DNA of 64,000 nucleotides from Vicinamibacterales bacterium (GTDB lineage: Bacteria > Acidobacteriota > Vicinamibacteria > Vicinamibacterales > SCN-69-37), in contig DATIWF010000116.1 in the NCBI GenBank assembly GCA_035519535.1, forward strand, positions 2,953 to 66,952, given 5' to 3'. The position numbers and the translations under genes are program-made. This document shows, piece after piece, positions 26,233 through 34,812 of this stretch (position 1 is the first letter of the stretch; each line of letters opens with the position of its first letter). A model generated the notes under the pieces. It was not told the origin of the DNA. It searched no databases and saw only the letters and a list, made by a program, of their open reading frames with translations.

Positions 26233-27405
26233 CTACTTCTTGACCTTCAGCTGCTCGACGGCCTTGGCGAGCGCAGCGTCCGTCGTCGGGGGCGCTTCGC
26301 CGAAGGGCACGACCGGCTGTTCGACGGCCACATTCGGCCGCAGGCCGCGCTCGTGGATGGGGGTGCCGTCCGGCAGGACGTACCGCTGCGTCGTCATCCA
26401 GAACGCACGGTTGTCCGGCAGTTTGACGAGGCGCTGTACGCCGGCGATGCCCCCCGTCGGTTCGCCGACGAGCGACGCCCGGGAGTTCGCCTGAAGCGCG
26501 GCGGCAAAAACCTCGGCGGCGTTGGCCGTGCCGCTCGAAACCAGCAGGACGGCCGGGGCCGTCACCGCGCCGTCGCCCGGTCCCGCCATCGTCACGGTCT
26601 TGTTGTCCGCGCGGCCAGCGAGCGTCGCGATCGTGCCCGACTTGAGAAACAGCCGCGCCGCCGCGATGCCATCGGCGGGCGCGCCGTCAGCCGTTCCGCG
26701 GATGTCGATGACGAGCCCTGACGAGCCCTGCGCCTCGTCGGCGATCTTCTTGATCGCGGCCGGGACGTCGTGCGTGAACCGCGCGATGCGGATGTAGGTT
26801 TCGCCGCCAGGCAGCTTCTTGCTCGTGACGACGTCGCCGGTCGACGTCGCACGCACGAGCGTCACCTCGTGGGGGTCCGCGGCGCTGCTGCGAAGAACCA
26901 GGAGGCGCACGCTCGACCCGGCCGTGCCGCGCAAAAGGCGCGTGCCGGTGAGCGCCGACATCTCGCGCGCCGGCTTGCCGTCGATCATCCGGATGTAATC
27001 GCCGGTGCGCAGTCCCGCGAGCGCGGCGGGCGATCCATCCTCGACGCCGACGATGCGCAGCCAGACCTGCCGCGTGACGACAAGCCCGACGCCGGCCGGC
27101 GGCAGCGGCGTGCCGGCCTCGATCGCCTGCATTTCCTCGGGCAAAAGGTACGCGCTCGAGGGGTCCAGCCCATCGGCCAGCCCGCGCATCGCGCCGTCCA
27201 TCACCTTGTCCACGTCCACCGGCTCGACGTAGCTTGTGAGGATCAGATTCACCACCTGGCCGAACAAGCGGAGGTCGGCGAATGCCTGCTGCGTGCCCCC
27301 GCCGGTCGGCGTCGCGCTCAGGAGCCCTCCCACGCCCACAAACAGCACGAGGGGCGTCGAGATCAGCAGCACCAGCAGACGGGTCTTGAAGGACATGGAT
27401 CTCAT
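26233..27405 (-). CDS. S41 family C-terminal processing (tail-specific) peptidase with PDZ domain
   Basis: N-terminal TM segment, PDZ region (GLVVTRQ..VGVEDGSPAALAGLRTGDYIRMIDG) and catalytic region (LLVSSGTANAAEVFAAAL; PIHERGLRPNV). The start is 27405 or 27396. Confidence 0.85.
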   Translation of the reverse strand: MRSMSFKTRLLVLLISTPLVLFVGVGGLLSATPTGGGTQQAFADLRLFGQVVNLILTSYVEPVDVDKVMDGAMRGLADGLDPSSAYLLPEEMQAIEAGTPLPPAGVGLVVTRQVWLRIVGVEDGSPAALAGLRTGDYIRMIDGKPAREMSALTGTRLLRGTAGSSVRLLVLRSSAADPHEVTLVRATSTGDVVTSKKLPGGETYIRIARFTHDVPAAIKKIADEAQGSSGLVIDIRGTADGAPADGIAAARLFLKSGTIATLAGRADNKTVTMAGPGDGAVTAPAVLLVSSGTANAAEVFAAALQANSRASLVGEPTGGIAGVQRLVKLPDNRAFWMTTQRYVLPDGTPIHERGLRPNVAVEQPVVPFGEAPPTTDAALAKAVEQLKVKK

Positions 27406-27469
27406 TATCAGGCACCAGGCAGGAAGATCAAAGGCACGAGGCACTGGTGAGCCTCGCGCGCAACAGTGT

Positions 27470-27497
27470 CTAGTGCCTAGTGCCTAGTCCCTAGTGC
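27470..27497. repeat. Perfectly phased heptamer tandem repeat CTAGTGC x4 (third copy CTAGTCC)
   Basis: Read directly at 27470, 27477, 27484 and 27491. Inverted AGGCAC copies lie at 27410, 27432 and 27439. Confidence 0.9.
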
Positions 27498-27644
27498 CTG
27501 CCCTCATTGGCACGTGCGCCGTTCCGAGGCGTTTTCGCACGGTTCCACAGGCGGTCCATCGCCGGCTCGAGGAACCGGCCGTACCGCGCGAGGGCGAGGT
27601 GGTGTTGTTCCGAGCGCGCACGATGGCGCGCCGTCGCGGCGCTG

Positions 27645-28067
27645 TCAAGCCCTGGCGCGCGTCGCGCGCGCCAGCATCACGCTCGCGACCAGCAGGAGCG
27701 GCGCCGACGTCGCACCCGGCAGCCAGCGCTGGAAATACGCCGAGCCGACGAGGTGGCCCAGGCCGTTGAAGAACATGATGACCGCCAGGATCCACGACGC
27801 CAGGCGCGTGCCGACCGCGCCTCGACGGACCAGCGGTGTGAGCAGGCCCAGGATGATCACCACCAGGATGAGGCCCGCCAGCCAGGCATCGAACTCGAAC
27901 GTTGGCATCGGGAACCAGGCGATCCGCGACCGAATTCTCAGCACGAGCGGGTTGTAGAACTCGAGGAAGTGCGTGAGCGCTTCGTCGGCGACGTGCAGCG
28001 CCAGCGCCGCGACGAGCAGGAGCCAGGCGCGCGCGTGACGCATCGCCGGCGGGACCGCGTCCGTCAT
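27645..28067 (-). CDS. Small 4-TM membrane protein (HXXEE-domain-like)
   Basis: 140 aa and hydrophobic, with LHVADEALTHFLEF near the N-terminus. The family call is tentative. Confidence 0.55.
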   Translation of the reverse strand: MTDAVPPAMRHARAWLLLVAALALHVADEALTHFLEFYNPLVLRIRSRIAWFPMPTFEFDAWLAGLILVVIILGLLTPLVRRGAVGTRLASWILAVIMFFNGLGHLVGSAYFQRWLPGATSAPLLLVASVMLARATRARA

Positions 28068-28080
28068 CGCCCCTCTGAGA

Positions 28081-30135
28081 TTAGAACAGCGGCTTGCCGT
28101 CGATGGTGCCGGGAATCGCGACGCCGAAGAACTTCAGCACGGTCGGCGCGATATCGATGATGCGCGGGCTCGAGCGCGTGATCGGCTTGCTGCTGACGAA
28201 CACGCCGGCGGTCGTCTGGTAGTCGAAGCCGCAGTGGTCGCCGCTCCACTTCTGAGTGTTCGGATAGACGAGGCCCTGCGGCGAGCCGCCCAGCGTCGTC
28301 TGCCATGACACGCGATAGCCGTCCTCGAAGCCGACCTGCAGATCCGGGGCGTTGCCGAGGAACTCGCCGGAGTACACGTCGTCGCGTTTGTAGACGTTGC
28401 GGACGATGCGGTGATAGTCGTCCGGATCCACGAAGGCCAGGAGCTTGCCCTTGATTTCGTCGGCGAGCGCGCTCGCCTCGGCGCCCGGGCTCACGATGCC
28501 CTGGCCCTCGCGGCCGCGCATGTTGATGTAGATCTGCCCGAGGCCCATGCTGTAGGCCTTCGTCCGGCTCCAGTCGACGTTCTCCCAGTACTCGCCGCCG
28601 CCGAAGAGATCGGAGAGCTTCTTGTCCTTGGAGGGCTCGTTGCCCTTGATCGTCATGTAGCCCTGCTGGACGAGCCACGTGTTGAGATTGACGGCCTTGC
28701 GCCACGCGTGGAAGCCATGGTCGGAGACGATCATGATGGTCGCGCCCGGCGGCGCGGCGTCCATCACCTGGCCGACGAACTGATCCGCGCGCTTGTAGAC
28801 GCGCTCGATCGAGTCGCCGAACTTCGCGGCGAGGTCGGCGTTGTACGCGGGATGCGCCGGGTCGAGCAGCCGGAACATCATGTGCTGCACGCGGTCGGTC
28901 GATTCGATCACCCCGACGAGCAGATCCCAGTCGTTGCCGCCCAGCCGATCGAGGATGACCTTGGCGCGGTCGTCGAATGCGCGCATCAGGTCGTCCATGA
29001 ACGCCTGCTCGTCGATGCGCTCCTCGCGGAGCGGGTTGGTGGCTTCGGCCCACCCGAGCGTGCGGAACGGCCCGAGCCGCTTGTAGAGATCCGCCGCGAG
29101 GCCCGAGGGCGCCGACAGCGGCACGGGCGGCTCGTCGGGCCGGAAATTGATCGGCGAGGCGTAGAGCCGGAGCTCGTTGTCGGCCTGCTCGAGGTAGAAG
29201 AGCAGCATGCCGTGCACGCGGATGAAGACGTTGATCGTGAAGTCGACGTTGATCCACGTGCTCCACTCGCCGGCCTTGAGCGTGAACGACTGGCCCGCGA
29301 CCGACAGCGTCGCCTGGCCGCTGCCGCGCGTCCACGCGATGTCGAGCGGCAGCGACGCGTCCTCGTTGACCTGCAGCTCCGCGACGGCCGTGCGATCCGC
29401 GTCGCTCAGCTTGCCCTTCCCGAAGATTTCCTTCACTTTCTTCTTGATGATCGGATTCGGCGGGCCCGTGAGCTTGGTATGGGCGACGCCGCTCTCGAAC
29501 GTCAGGTGCTTGAGGTCGCCCGCCATCTCGCTGTTGCCTTCTTCGTAGCGGCTGAGGTCGGTCGCCCAGTACGAGTACGTGCCGATCGTGCCGCGCACGT
29601 CGGGGGTCGGCAGGCCGGCCAGCAGCTCGCCGTCGGGCACGTCCTCGGGCGGGAAGGTGACGGGCACCGTGAGCACCTCGCTGCGCACGCCCGCCTGGCC
29701 CGCCGTGACCCAGAACGACGTGCCGCCGCGGATGCTCGTGATCTTCGGGCGCGACAGCGGCATCCAGTTGAAGAGGAACGTCGGCGGCTGTGTGTGGACG
29801 ATGCCGAGGTCGGGGATGTAGGTCTGGAGGTCGCGCACGAGGAAATCGTAGATGTTGTGCTTGCCCGGATTGACGCCCGTGGCGAACGACGCCCAGGACG
29901 TCGGCGATTCGGGCGACACGGTCGTCTCGAGCCGGCCGAGCGTGCCGGCCTTGATGAGACTCGCGAACGCCGGCATCTCGCCGCGCTCGAGGTACAGATC
30001 GAGGAGCGTCGGATCGAGACCGTCGAAGCCGAGGATCACGAGCTTCTGGCGTGCTGGCGGCGCCGGGCGCGCGCACGCCGTCCACCCGACGGCGAGCCCG
30101 CACGCAAGCGCGGCGGCTGTCCAGCGGCGTCGCAT
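28081..30135 (-). CDS. Alkaline-phosphatase-superfamily lipoprotein (type I phosphodiesterase/nucleotide pyrophosphatase family)
   Basis: ATG at 30135. Lipobox LAVGWTAC is followed by LVILGFDGLDP (metal/nucleophile region), PSWASFATG and IMIVSDHGF motifs. The upstream 267 codons of the track ORF were discarded. Confidence 0.8.
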   Translation of the reverse strand: MRRRWTAAALACGLAVGWTACARPAPPARQKLVILGFDGLDPTLLDLYLERGEMPAFASLIKAGTLGRLETTVSPESPTSWASFATGVNPGKHNIYDFLVRDLQTYIPDLGIVHTQPPTFLFNWMPLSRPKITSIRGGTSFWVTAGQAGVRSEVLTVPVTFPPEDVPDGELLAGLPTPDVRGTIGTYSYWATDLSRYEEGNSEMAGDLKHLTFESGVAHTKLTGPPNPIIKKKVKEIFGKGKLSDADRTAVAELQVNEDASLPLDIAWTRGSGQATLSVAGQSFTLKAGEWSTWINVDFTINVFIRVHGMLLFYLEQADNELRLYASPINFRPDEPPVPLSAPSGLAADLYKRLGPFRTLGWAEATNPLREERIDEQAFMDDLMRAFDDRAKVILDRLGGNDWDLLVGVIESTDRVQHMMFRLLDPAHPAYNADLAAKFGDSIERVYKRADQFVGQVMDAAPPGATIMIVSDHGFHAWRKAVNLNTWLVQQGYMTIKGNEPSKDKKLSDLFGGGEYWENVDWSRTKAYSMGLGQIYINMRGREGQGIVSPGAEASALADEIKGKLLAFVDPDDYHRIVRNVYKRDDVYSGEFLGNAPDLQVGFEDGYRVSWQTTLGGSPQGLVYPNTQKWSGDHCGFDYQTTAGVFVSSKPITRSSPRIIDIAPTVLKFFGVAIPGTIDGKPLF

Positions 30136-30183
30136 GCCTGCAGTGTATCGCGAACGGCCGAGCGACTTTGCTACGCTACGTGT

Positions 30184-30663
30184 ATGCGCTTCCTCGGCGT
30201 CGACTTCGGGCGCCGCCGGATCGGGCTGGCGGTGTCCGACGCGACCGGCGTGCTCGCGCGTCCGTGGCGCACGATCGGCGCCGGGGCAACGCCGCGCGCG
30301 TCGGCCGCGGAGCTCGCGACGCTGATCGAGGGCGAACCGGCGGACGCGGATCTCTCCGAGCTTGGCGGCGTCGTCGTCGGGCTGCCGCGAAAACTGGGCG
30401 GCGAGGATACGGATCAGACCGGCGCGGCCACGGAGTTCGCGCGCGCGCTCGGCGACCTCACGCACCTGGAGGTCCACCTGCAGGACGAGCGTCTCACCAG
30501 CCACGAAGCCGACGCTCGGCTGGCGGAGCGGGAGAAAGACTGGCGGAAGCGCAAAGTGAAGCTCGACGCCGCCGCGGCCGCCATCATCCTGCAGGACTTC
30601 CTCGACGCGCGCATGCGGAGGACCGCGGCCAGCGCCGATAAGGCACAAGACGCCGGATGCTGA
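30184..30663 (+). CDS. ruvX: Holliday junction resolvase-like / pre-16S rRNA nuclease YqgF
   Basis: MRFLGVDFGRRRIGLAVSD...VVGLPRKLGGEDT...DERLTSHEA. This is the C-terminal part of track ORF 28411..30663. Confidence 0.9.
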   Translation: MRFLGVDFGRRRIGLAVSDATGVLARPWRTIGAGATPRASAAELATLIEGEPADADLSELGGVVVGLPRKLGGEDTDQTGAATEFARALGDLTHLEVHLQDERLTSHEADARLAEREKDWRKRKVKLDAAAAAIILQDFLDARMRRTAASADKAQDAGC

Positions 30664-31676
30664 AGCGTCTCGCGATTGTTTTCCTGATGCTCGTGGCGGC
30701 GGCGGGGGCGGGCGCCTGGTGGATGAAGGTCCGCCTGGACACGCCGTACCGCGCGTTCCAGGACGCCGAGGTGTTCGTCGATCTGCCGCCGGGGACCGGC
30801 GTCTCCGCGATCGGCGAGCGCCTGAGCGACGCCGGGGTGGTTCCCGATCCGTGGACGTTCCGGCTGGCCGTGCGGCTGGCGGGCGTCGAGCGCCGTCTTC
30901 AAGCCGGCGAGTACCGCTTCGCCGCGGCGGCGACACCGCGCGAAGTGGCGCTGCGACTGGCCCGCGGCGACGTCTACACGAAATCGATCACGTTTCCGGA
31001 AGGCTTGACGGTCGAGGAGATGGCTGCGGTCTTCGGGCGGAGCGGGCTCGGCACGCCCGCGGATTTCGAGGCGGCGGCCTCGGACGTGGCGCTCGTCGCC
31101 GAGCTGGATCCCGACGCGCAGACACTCGAGGGCTATCTTTTTCCGAGCACCTACGCGCTGCCGCGCCGCGCCGGCGCCACGGGCACGGTTGTCGCCATGG
31201 TCAACGGATTCACGCACGCGTTCGACGCGCGCCTGCGTGCGGACGCCGCCGCGCGCCACCTGACGCCGCGCGAAGTCGTGACGCTCGCCTCGATCATCGA
31301 GAAGGAAACATCGCGGCCGGAGGAACGACCGATCGTCTCGGCCGTCTACCAGAACCGGCTGCGGATTGGCATGTCGCTCCAGTGCGATCCGACGGTCATC
31401 TACGCGCTCATGCTGGCCGGCCGGTGGGACGGCAACATTCGCAAGTCCGACTTGCAGATCGATTCGCCCTACAACACCTACCGGCACCCGGGGCTCCCGC
31501 CCGGGCCCATCGCGTCGCCCGGTCGGTCAGCCCTCGACGCCGCCGTGCACCCCGCCGACGTCAAGTACCTCTACTTCGTCAGCCGCAACGACGGCACGCA
31601 CGTCTTCGCCGAGACCCTCGAGGAGCACAACCGGAACGTCGCGAGGTACCAGATCGGACGCGGGCGGCCGCATTGA
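30657..31676 (+). CDS. mltG: Endolytic murein transglycosylase MltG (YceG family)
   Basis: 339 aa with an N-terminal TM segment and LASIIEKET, QCDPTVIYAL, SPYNTYRHPGLPPGPIASPG motifs. Confidence 0.92.
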   Translation: MLKRLAIVFLMLVAAAGAGAWWMKVRLDTPYRAFQDAEVFVDLPPGTGVSAIGERLSDAGVVPDPWTFRLAVRLAGVERRLQAGEYRFAAAATPREVALRLARGDVYTKSITFPEGLTVEEMAAVFGRSGLGTPADFEAAASDVALVAELDPDAQTLEGYLFPSTYALPRRAGATGTVVAMVNGFTHAFDARLRADAAARHLTPREVVTLASIIEKETSRPEERPIVSAVYQNRLRIGMSLQCDPTVIYALMLAGRWDGNIRKSDLQIDSPYNTYRHPGLPPGPIASPGRSALDAAVHPADVKYLYFVSRNDGTHVFAETLEEHNRNVARYQIGRGRPH

Positions 31677-31952
31677 TGATTGGGGATCGGTGATTGGCGA
31701 TTGGAATTGAGCGATCGGTGATTGGCGATTGCATTGAGCGATTGGCGATTGCGCTGAGCGATTGGCGATTGCACTGAGCGATTGGCGATTGCACTGACCG
31801 ATTGCCCGATTGCACTGACCGATTGCCCGATTGCGCTGAGCGATTGCCCGATTGCGCTGAGCGATTGCCCGATTGCGTTGATCGATTGCCGATGTCGATT
31901 TTCCGATTATCGATGCCCTTCGATTGCCCGATTCTCGATCATCGATTGCCGA
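31677..31952. repeat. Degenerate 20/21-bp tandem repeat array filling the whole mltG/nadK convergent spacer
   Basis: Units are gagCGATTGgCGATTGcact (20 bp, about 4-5 copies) followed by ga(g/c)CGATTGccCGATTGc(a/g)ct (21 bp, about 4 copies), with decayed copies at both ends. I count about 24 GATTG pentamers, all on the plus strand. Confidence 0.9.
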
Positions 31953-32834
31953 TTACTGGTGTCCCCACTTCAGTTTTTCCCTGAGCATGTCGAAGTGTGT
32001 CCGTGAGGACGTCCGGAGCAGCCGCAGCACGCGCGGCGAGCGTTCGATGACGACGTGGTCGCCGCGGTGGAGCGGTGCGCCGAATTGACCGTCGAACGTC
32101 ACCACGATGTCCGAGGCGGACGGCTCGATGGCGGGCTCGAGCACGACCGTCGAGCCGGCCGGCAGCACGATCGGCCGGTTGGTGAGCGTGTGCGGGGCGA
32201 TGGGCGTGAGCACGACGGCGTCCACGGAGGGATGGACAATCGGCCCGCCGGCCGAGAGGTTGTACGCGGTCGAGCCGGTCGCCGTCGCGAGGATCAGGCC
32301 GTCGGCTTTCACGTGACAGACGAACTGGCCGTCGACCGTCACGTCGATCTCGATCATCCGCGACAAGGCGCCGCGCGTGACGACGATGTCGTTGAGCGCG
32401 GCGTGCTCGGCGGCCACCGCCGCCCCGCGCTCGATCCGGCCCGCGAGCAGCGTGCGCGACTCGACGCGCGCGCGCCCTGCCACGAGCGTCTCGAGCGCGG
32501 CGTCGAGCTCGTCGCGACCCACTTCCGTCAGGAATCCGAGATGGCCGAGGTTGACGCCGAGCAAGGGCACGTCGGCACCGGCCTGCGCCACCGCGCCGGC
32601 GGCATCGAGCAGCGTGCCATCGCCCCCAAACGCGATCACGACGTCCACCTGCCGCGCGAGCTCAGGCCGCGCCACGGTGAGCCAGCGGCCCGCGAGTCCG
32701 GCCGCCGCGGCGCTCTGCGCCTCGACAACCGGCGTCGCGCCGTGCGCGTCGAGCCACACGGCGGCCTCGGTGAGGGCCGACAGGGCCTGGGGCAGCGTCA
32801 GGCGGGCGACGAGACCGGCACGAAGAGCAGGCAT
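31953..32834 (-). CDS. nadK: NAD kinase
   Basis: 293 aa with the VVIAFGGDGTLL motif and NDIVV...ATATGSTAYNLSAGGPIV. Confidence 0.9.
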   Translation of the reverse strand: MPALRAGLVARLTLPQALSALTEAAVWLDAHGATPVVEAQSAAAAGLAGRWLTVARPELARQVDVVIAFGGDGTLLDAAGAVAQAGADVPLLGVNLGHLGFLTEVGRDELDAALETLVAGRARVESRTLLAGRIERGAAVAAEHAALNDIVVTRGALSRMIEIDVTVDGQFVCHVKADGLILATATGSTAYNLSAGGPIVHPSVDAVVLTPIAPHTLTNRPIVLPAGSTVVLEPAIEPSASDIVVTFDGQFGAPLHRGDHVVIERSPRVLRLLRTSSRTHFDMLREKLKWGHQ

Positions 32835-32837
32835 GCG

Positions 32838-33593
32838 TCAGTTGGGTGCGCGGGCCGGCACCAGGTGCAGAAAGAACTCGCGGTTGCCTTCCGCACCGGC
32901 GACGGGCGAGGGCTCGAGGCCCGCCCGCTCCAATCCTACCTCGCGCGCCGCTCGCGTGACGGAGTCGACCACCCGTGCGTGCGTGGCGGCGTCGGTCACG
33001 ATGCCGCCCGCACCCACTTCGTCGCGTCCCGCCTCGAACTGCGGCTTGACGAGCGCGATCACCCGTCCGTTCGCGGCAAGCAGGGGCGGCACGACCGGAA
33101 GGATGTGCCGCAGCGAGATGAACGAGACGTCGATCGTCACGATGTCGAGCGGGTCGAGATCGGCGGGCAGGGCGTCGCGCGTGAGGCGGCGGGCGTTCAC
33201 GCCCTCGATCACCGTCACGCGCGGGTCCGTCCGCAGCCGCCACGCGATCTGGCCGTGGCCGACGTCGAGCGCGACGACGCGCCGCGCGCCGCGCTGCAGG
33301 AGCACGTCGGTGAATCCGCCCGTGGAGGCGCCGATGTCGAGCGCGGTGGCACCGCGCACGTCGACCCCGAAGGCGTCGAGCGCGTGCGCGAGCTTCACGC
33401 CGCCGCGCCCGACCCAGGGATGATCGGGCGTGCGCACCGCGACGTCGGCGGATTCGTCGACGAGCGTCCCCGCCTTGGCCGCCGGCGCGCCCGCGATCGT
33501 GACCTGGCCGGCGAGGATCAGCGCCCGCGCGCGCTCGCGCGACTGCGCCAGGCCCCGCGCGACGAGCAGCTGGTCGAGCCGGGTTTTGGCCAT
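32838..33593 (-). CDS. tlyA: TlyA family rRNA (cytidine-2'-O)-methyltransferase (S4 plus FtsJ domains)
   Basis: ATG at 33593. MAKTRLDQLLVARGLAQSRERA..., SAM motif LDIGASTGGFTD and DVSFISL are present. Confidence 0.9.
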   Translation of the reverse strand: MAKTRLDQLLVARGLAQSRERARALILAGQVTIAGAPAAKAGTLVDESADVAVRTPDHPWVGRGGVKLAHALDAFGVDVRGATALDIGASTGGFTDVLLQRGARRVVALDVGHGQIAWRLRTDPRVTVIEGVNARRLTRDALPADLDPLDIVTIDVSFISLRHILPVVPPLLAANGRVIALVKPQFEAGRDEVGAGGIVTDAATHARVVDSVTRAAREVGLERAGLEPSPVAGAEGNREFFLHLVPARAPN

Positions 33594-33601
33594 GGCCAGG
33601 C

Positions 33602-34573
33602 TCAGTGCGCGCGCGTGAGGCTCCACGCGGCGATGTCGGCCAACGGGGCCCCGAGCCCGGCGCGCGTCAGGACCGCGGCCGCGCGCTCGACGCACGCCGC
33701 AGCCAGCCGGCGCGATTCGTGCACGCCGTAGAGGGCCGGATAGGTGAGCTTGCCGGCGGCGGCGTCCTTGCCGGCGGTCTTGCCCAGCGCGTCGCGCGAT
33801 CCCTCGACGTCGAGCACGTCGTCGATGATCTGAAACGCGAGGCCGAGCTCGCGGCCGTAGGCGTCGATGGCGGCCACGACGTCGTCGCTCGCGCCCGTGA
33901 CGACGGCGCCCAGCACGGCCGCGGCGCGGATGAGGGCGCCGGTCTTGCGCGCGTGCATGTCCTCGAGCGCCCGGGCGTCGAGGACCGGAGCCGGTGCGTC
34001 CTTGACGCGGCCGCCGGTCGCGAGATCGATCGCCTGCCCGCCCACCATGCCGGCGGCGCCGGCGGCGCCCGCGAGAATCGCGACCGCCCGGAGACGACGT
34101 TCGGCGGCGGGCTCCGGCGCGTGCGCCGGCAGCACGACGGACGGCGACTGCGCCAGCACGGAGAACGCCTCGGTGAGCAGCCCGTCGCCCGCAAGGATCG
34201 CGAGGCCGTCGCCGAACACGACGTGCGACGTCGGCCGGCCGCGGCGCAGCGCGTCGTCGTCCATCGCCGGCAAGTCGTCGTGGATGAGCGAGTAGGTGTG
34301 GATCATCTCGACGGCGCACGCGGCCGGGAGCGCCAGCGACCGGGCCGCCACGGCCTCGAGGCCGAGCGGCGGCCCGACCGAGTCGGCGACCGCCAGCGTC
34401 AGGCAGGGGCGCAGCCGCTTGCCGCCGGCGAGCAGCGAGTAGGCCATGGCCTTGACGACGAGCGGCGGCGCGGAGGCGGGCAGCGTGCGCGTGAGGGCGT
34501 CGTCAACGACCTGCCGCAGGCCGGCGAGGTACGCGGAGACGTCCAGTCGCGCGGCCGGGACCACGACCCTCAC
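33602..34573 (-). CDS. ispA: Polyprenyl diphosphate synthase (farnesyl/geranylgeranyl diphosphate synthase)
   Basis: First DDxxD motif LIHDDLPAMDDDALRRGRPT and second FQIIDDVLD. GTG start overlaps the xseB stop (GTGA). Confidence 0.9.
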   Translation of the reverse strand: MRVVVPAARLDVSAYLAGLRQVVDDALTRTLPASAPPLVVKAMAYSLLAGGKRLRPCLTLAVADSVGPPLGLEAVAARSLALPAACAVEMIHTYSLIHDDLPAMDDDALRRGRPTSHVVFGDGLAILAGDGLLTEAFSVLAQSPSVVLPAHAPEPAAERRLRAVAILAGAAGAAGMVGGQAIDLATGGRVKDAPAPVLDARALEDMHARKTGALIRAAAVLGAVVTGASDDVVAAIDAYGRELGLAFQIIDDVLDVEGSRDALGKTAGKDAAAGKLTYPALYGVHESRRLAAACVERAAAVLTRAGLGAPLADIAAWSLTRAH

Positions 34574-34812
34574 CGATCGTCGTCGTCGGGACCGACCAGG
34601 TGCGCGGCGTCTTTGAGGTCGCCGCGTTCGGTCAGGACCTCGATCCGGCGCTGCGCGGCGCCCAGCTGTTCGTGGCAGTAGCGCGACAGCTCGACGCCAC
34701 GCTCGAAGAGCGCGAGCGATTTGTCGAGGGCGAGATCGCCCTCCTCGAGCTGCTTGACGATCTTCTCCAGCTCGGCGATCGCGGATTCGAAGTCCTTGAT
34801 GGAGTTGGTCAT
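34570..34812 (-). CDS. xseB: Exodeoxyribonuclease VII small subunit
   Basis: 80 aa. FESAIAELEKIVKQLEEGDLALDKSLALFERGVELSRYC. ATG overlaps the xseA stop (ATGA). Confidence 0.9.
   Translation of the reverse strand: MTNSIKDFESAIAELEKIVKQLEEGDLALDKSLALFERGVELSRYCHEQLGAAQRRIEVLTERGDLKDAAHLVGPDDDDR

Noticed and set aside
26056-26721. 221-aa plus-strand ORF starting MVGTGGLEPPTSCMSSRRSNQLSYMP
   Set aside because: Its first about 25 codons are the antisense translation of tRNA-Val (the GGLEPPTS / SNQLSY signature is typical of tRNA antisense). The remainder is antisense to the S41 protease gene.
31677-31952. Possible CRISPR array
   Set aside because: The repeats are contiguous 20/21-bp units with no unique spacers and no palindromic repeat core, and there are no cas genes in the window. 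It is a minisatellite, not a CRISPR array.
31782-32006. ORFs encoding a (DCPIAL)n repeat peptide
   Set aside because: These are a by-product of the 21-bp tandem repeat phase. There is no SD and no coding-like GC3 bias, and the ORFs overlap the nadK 3' end.
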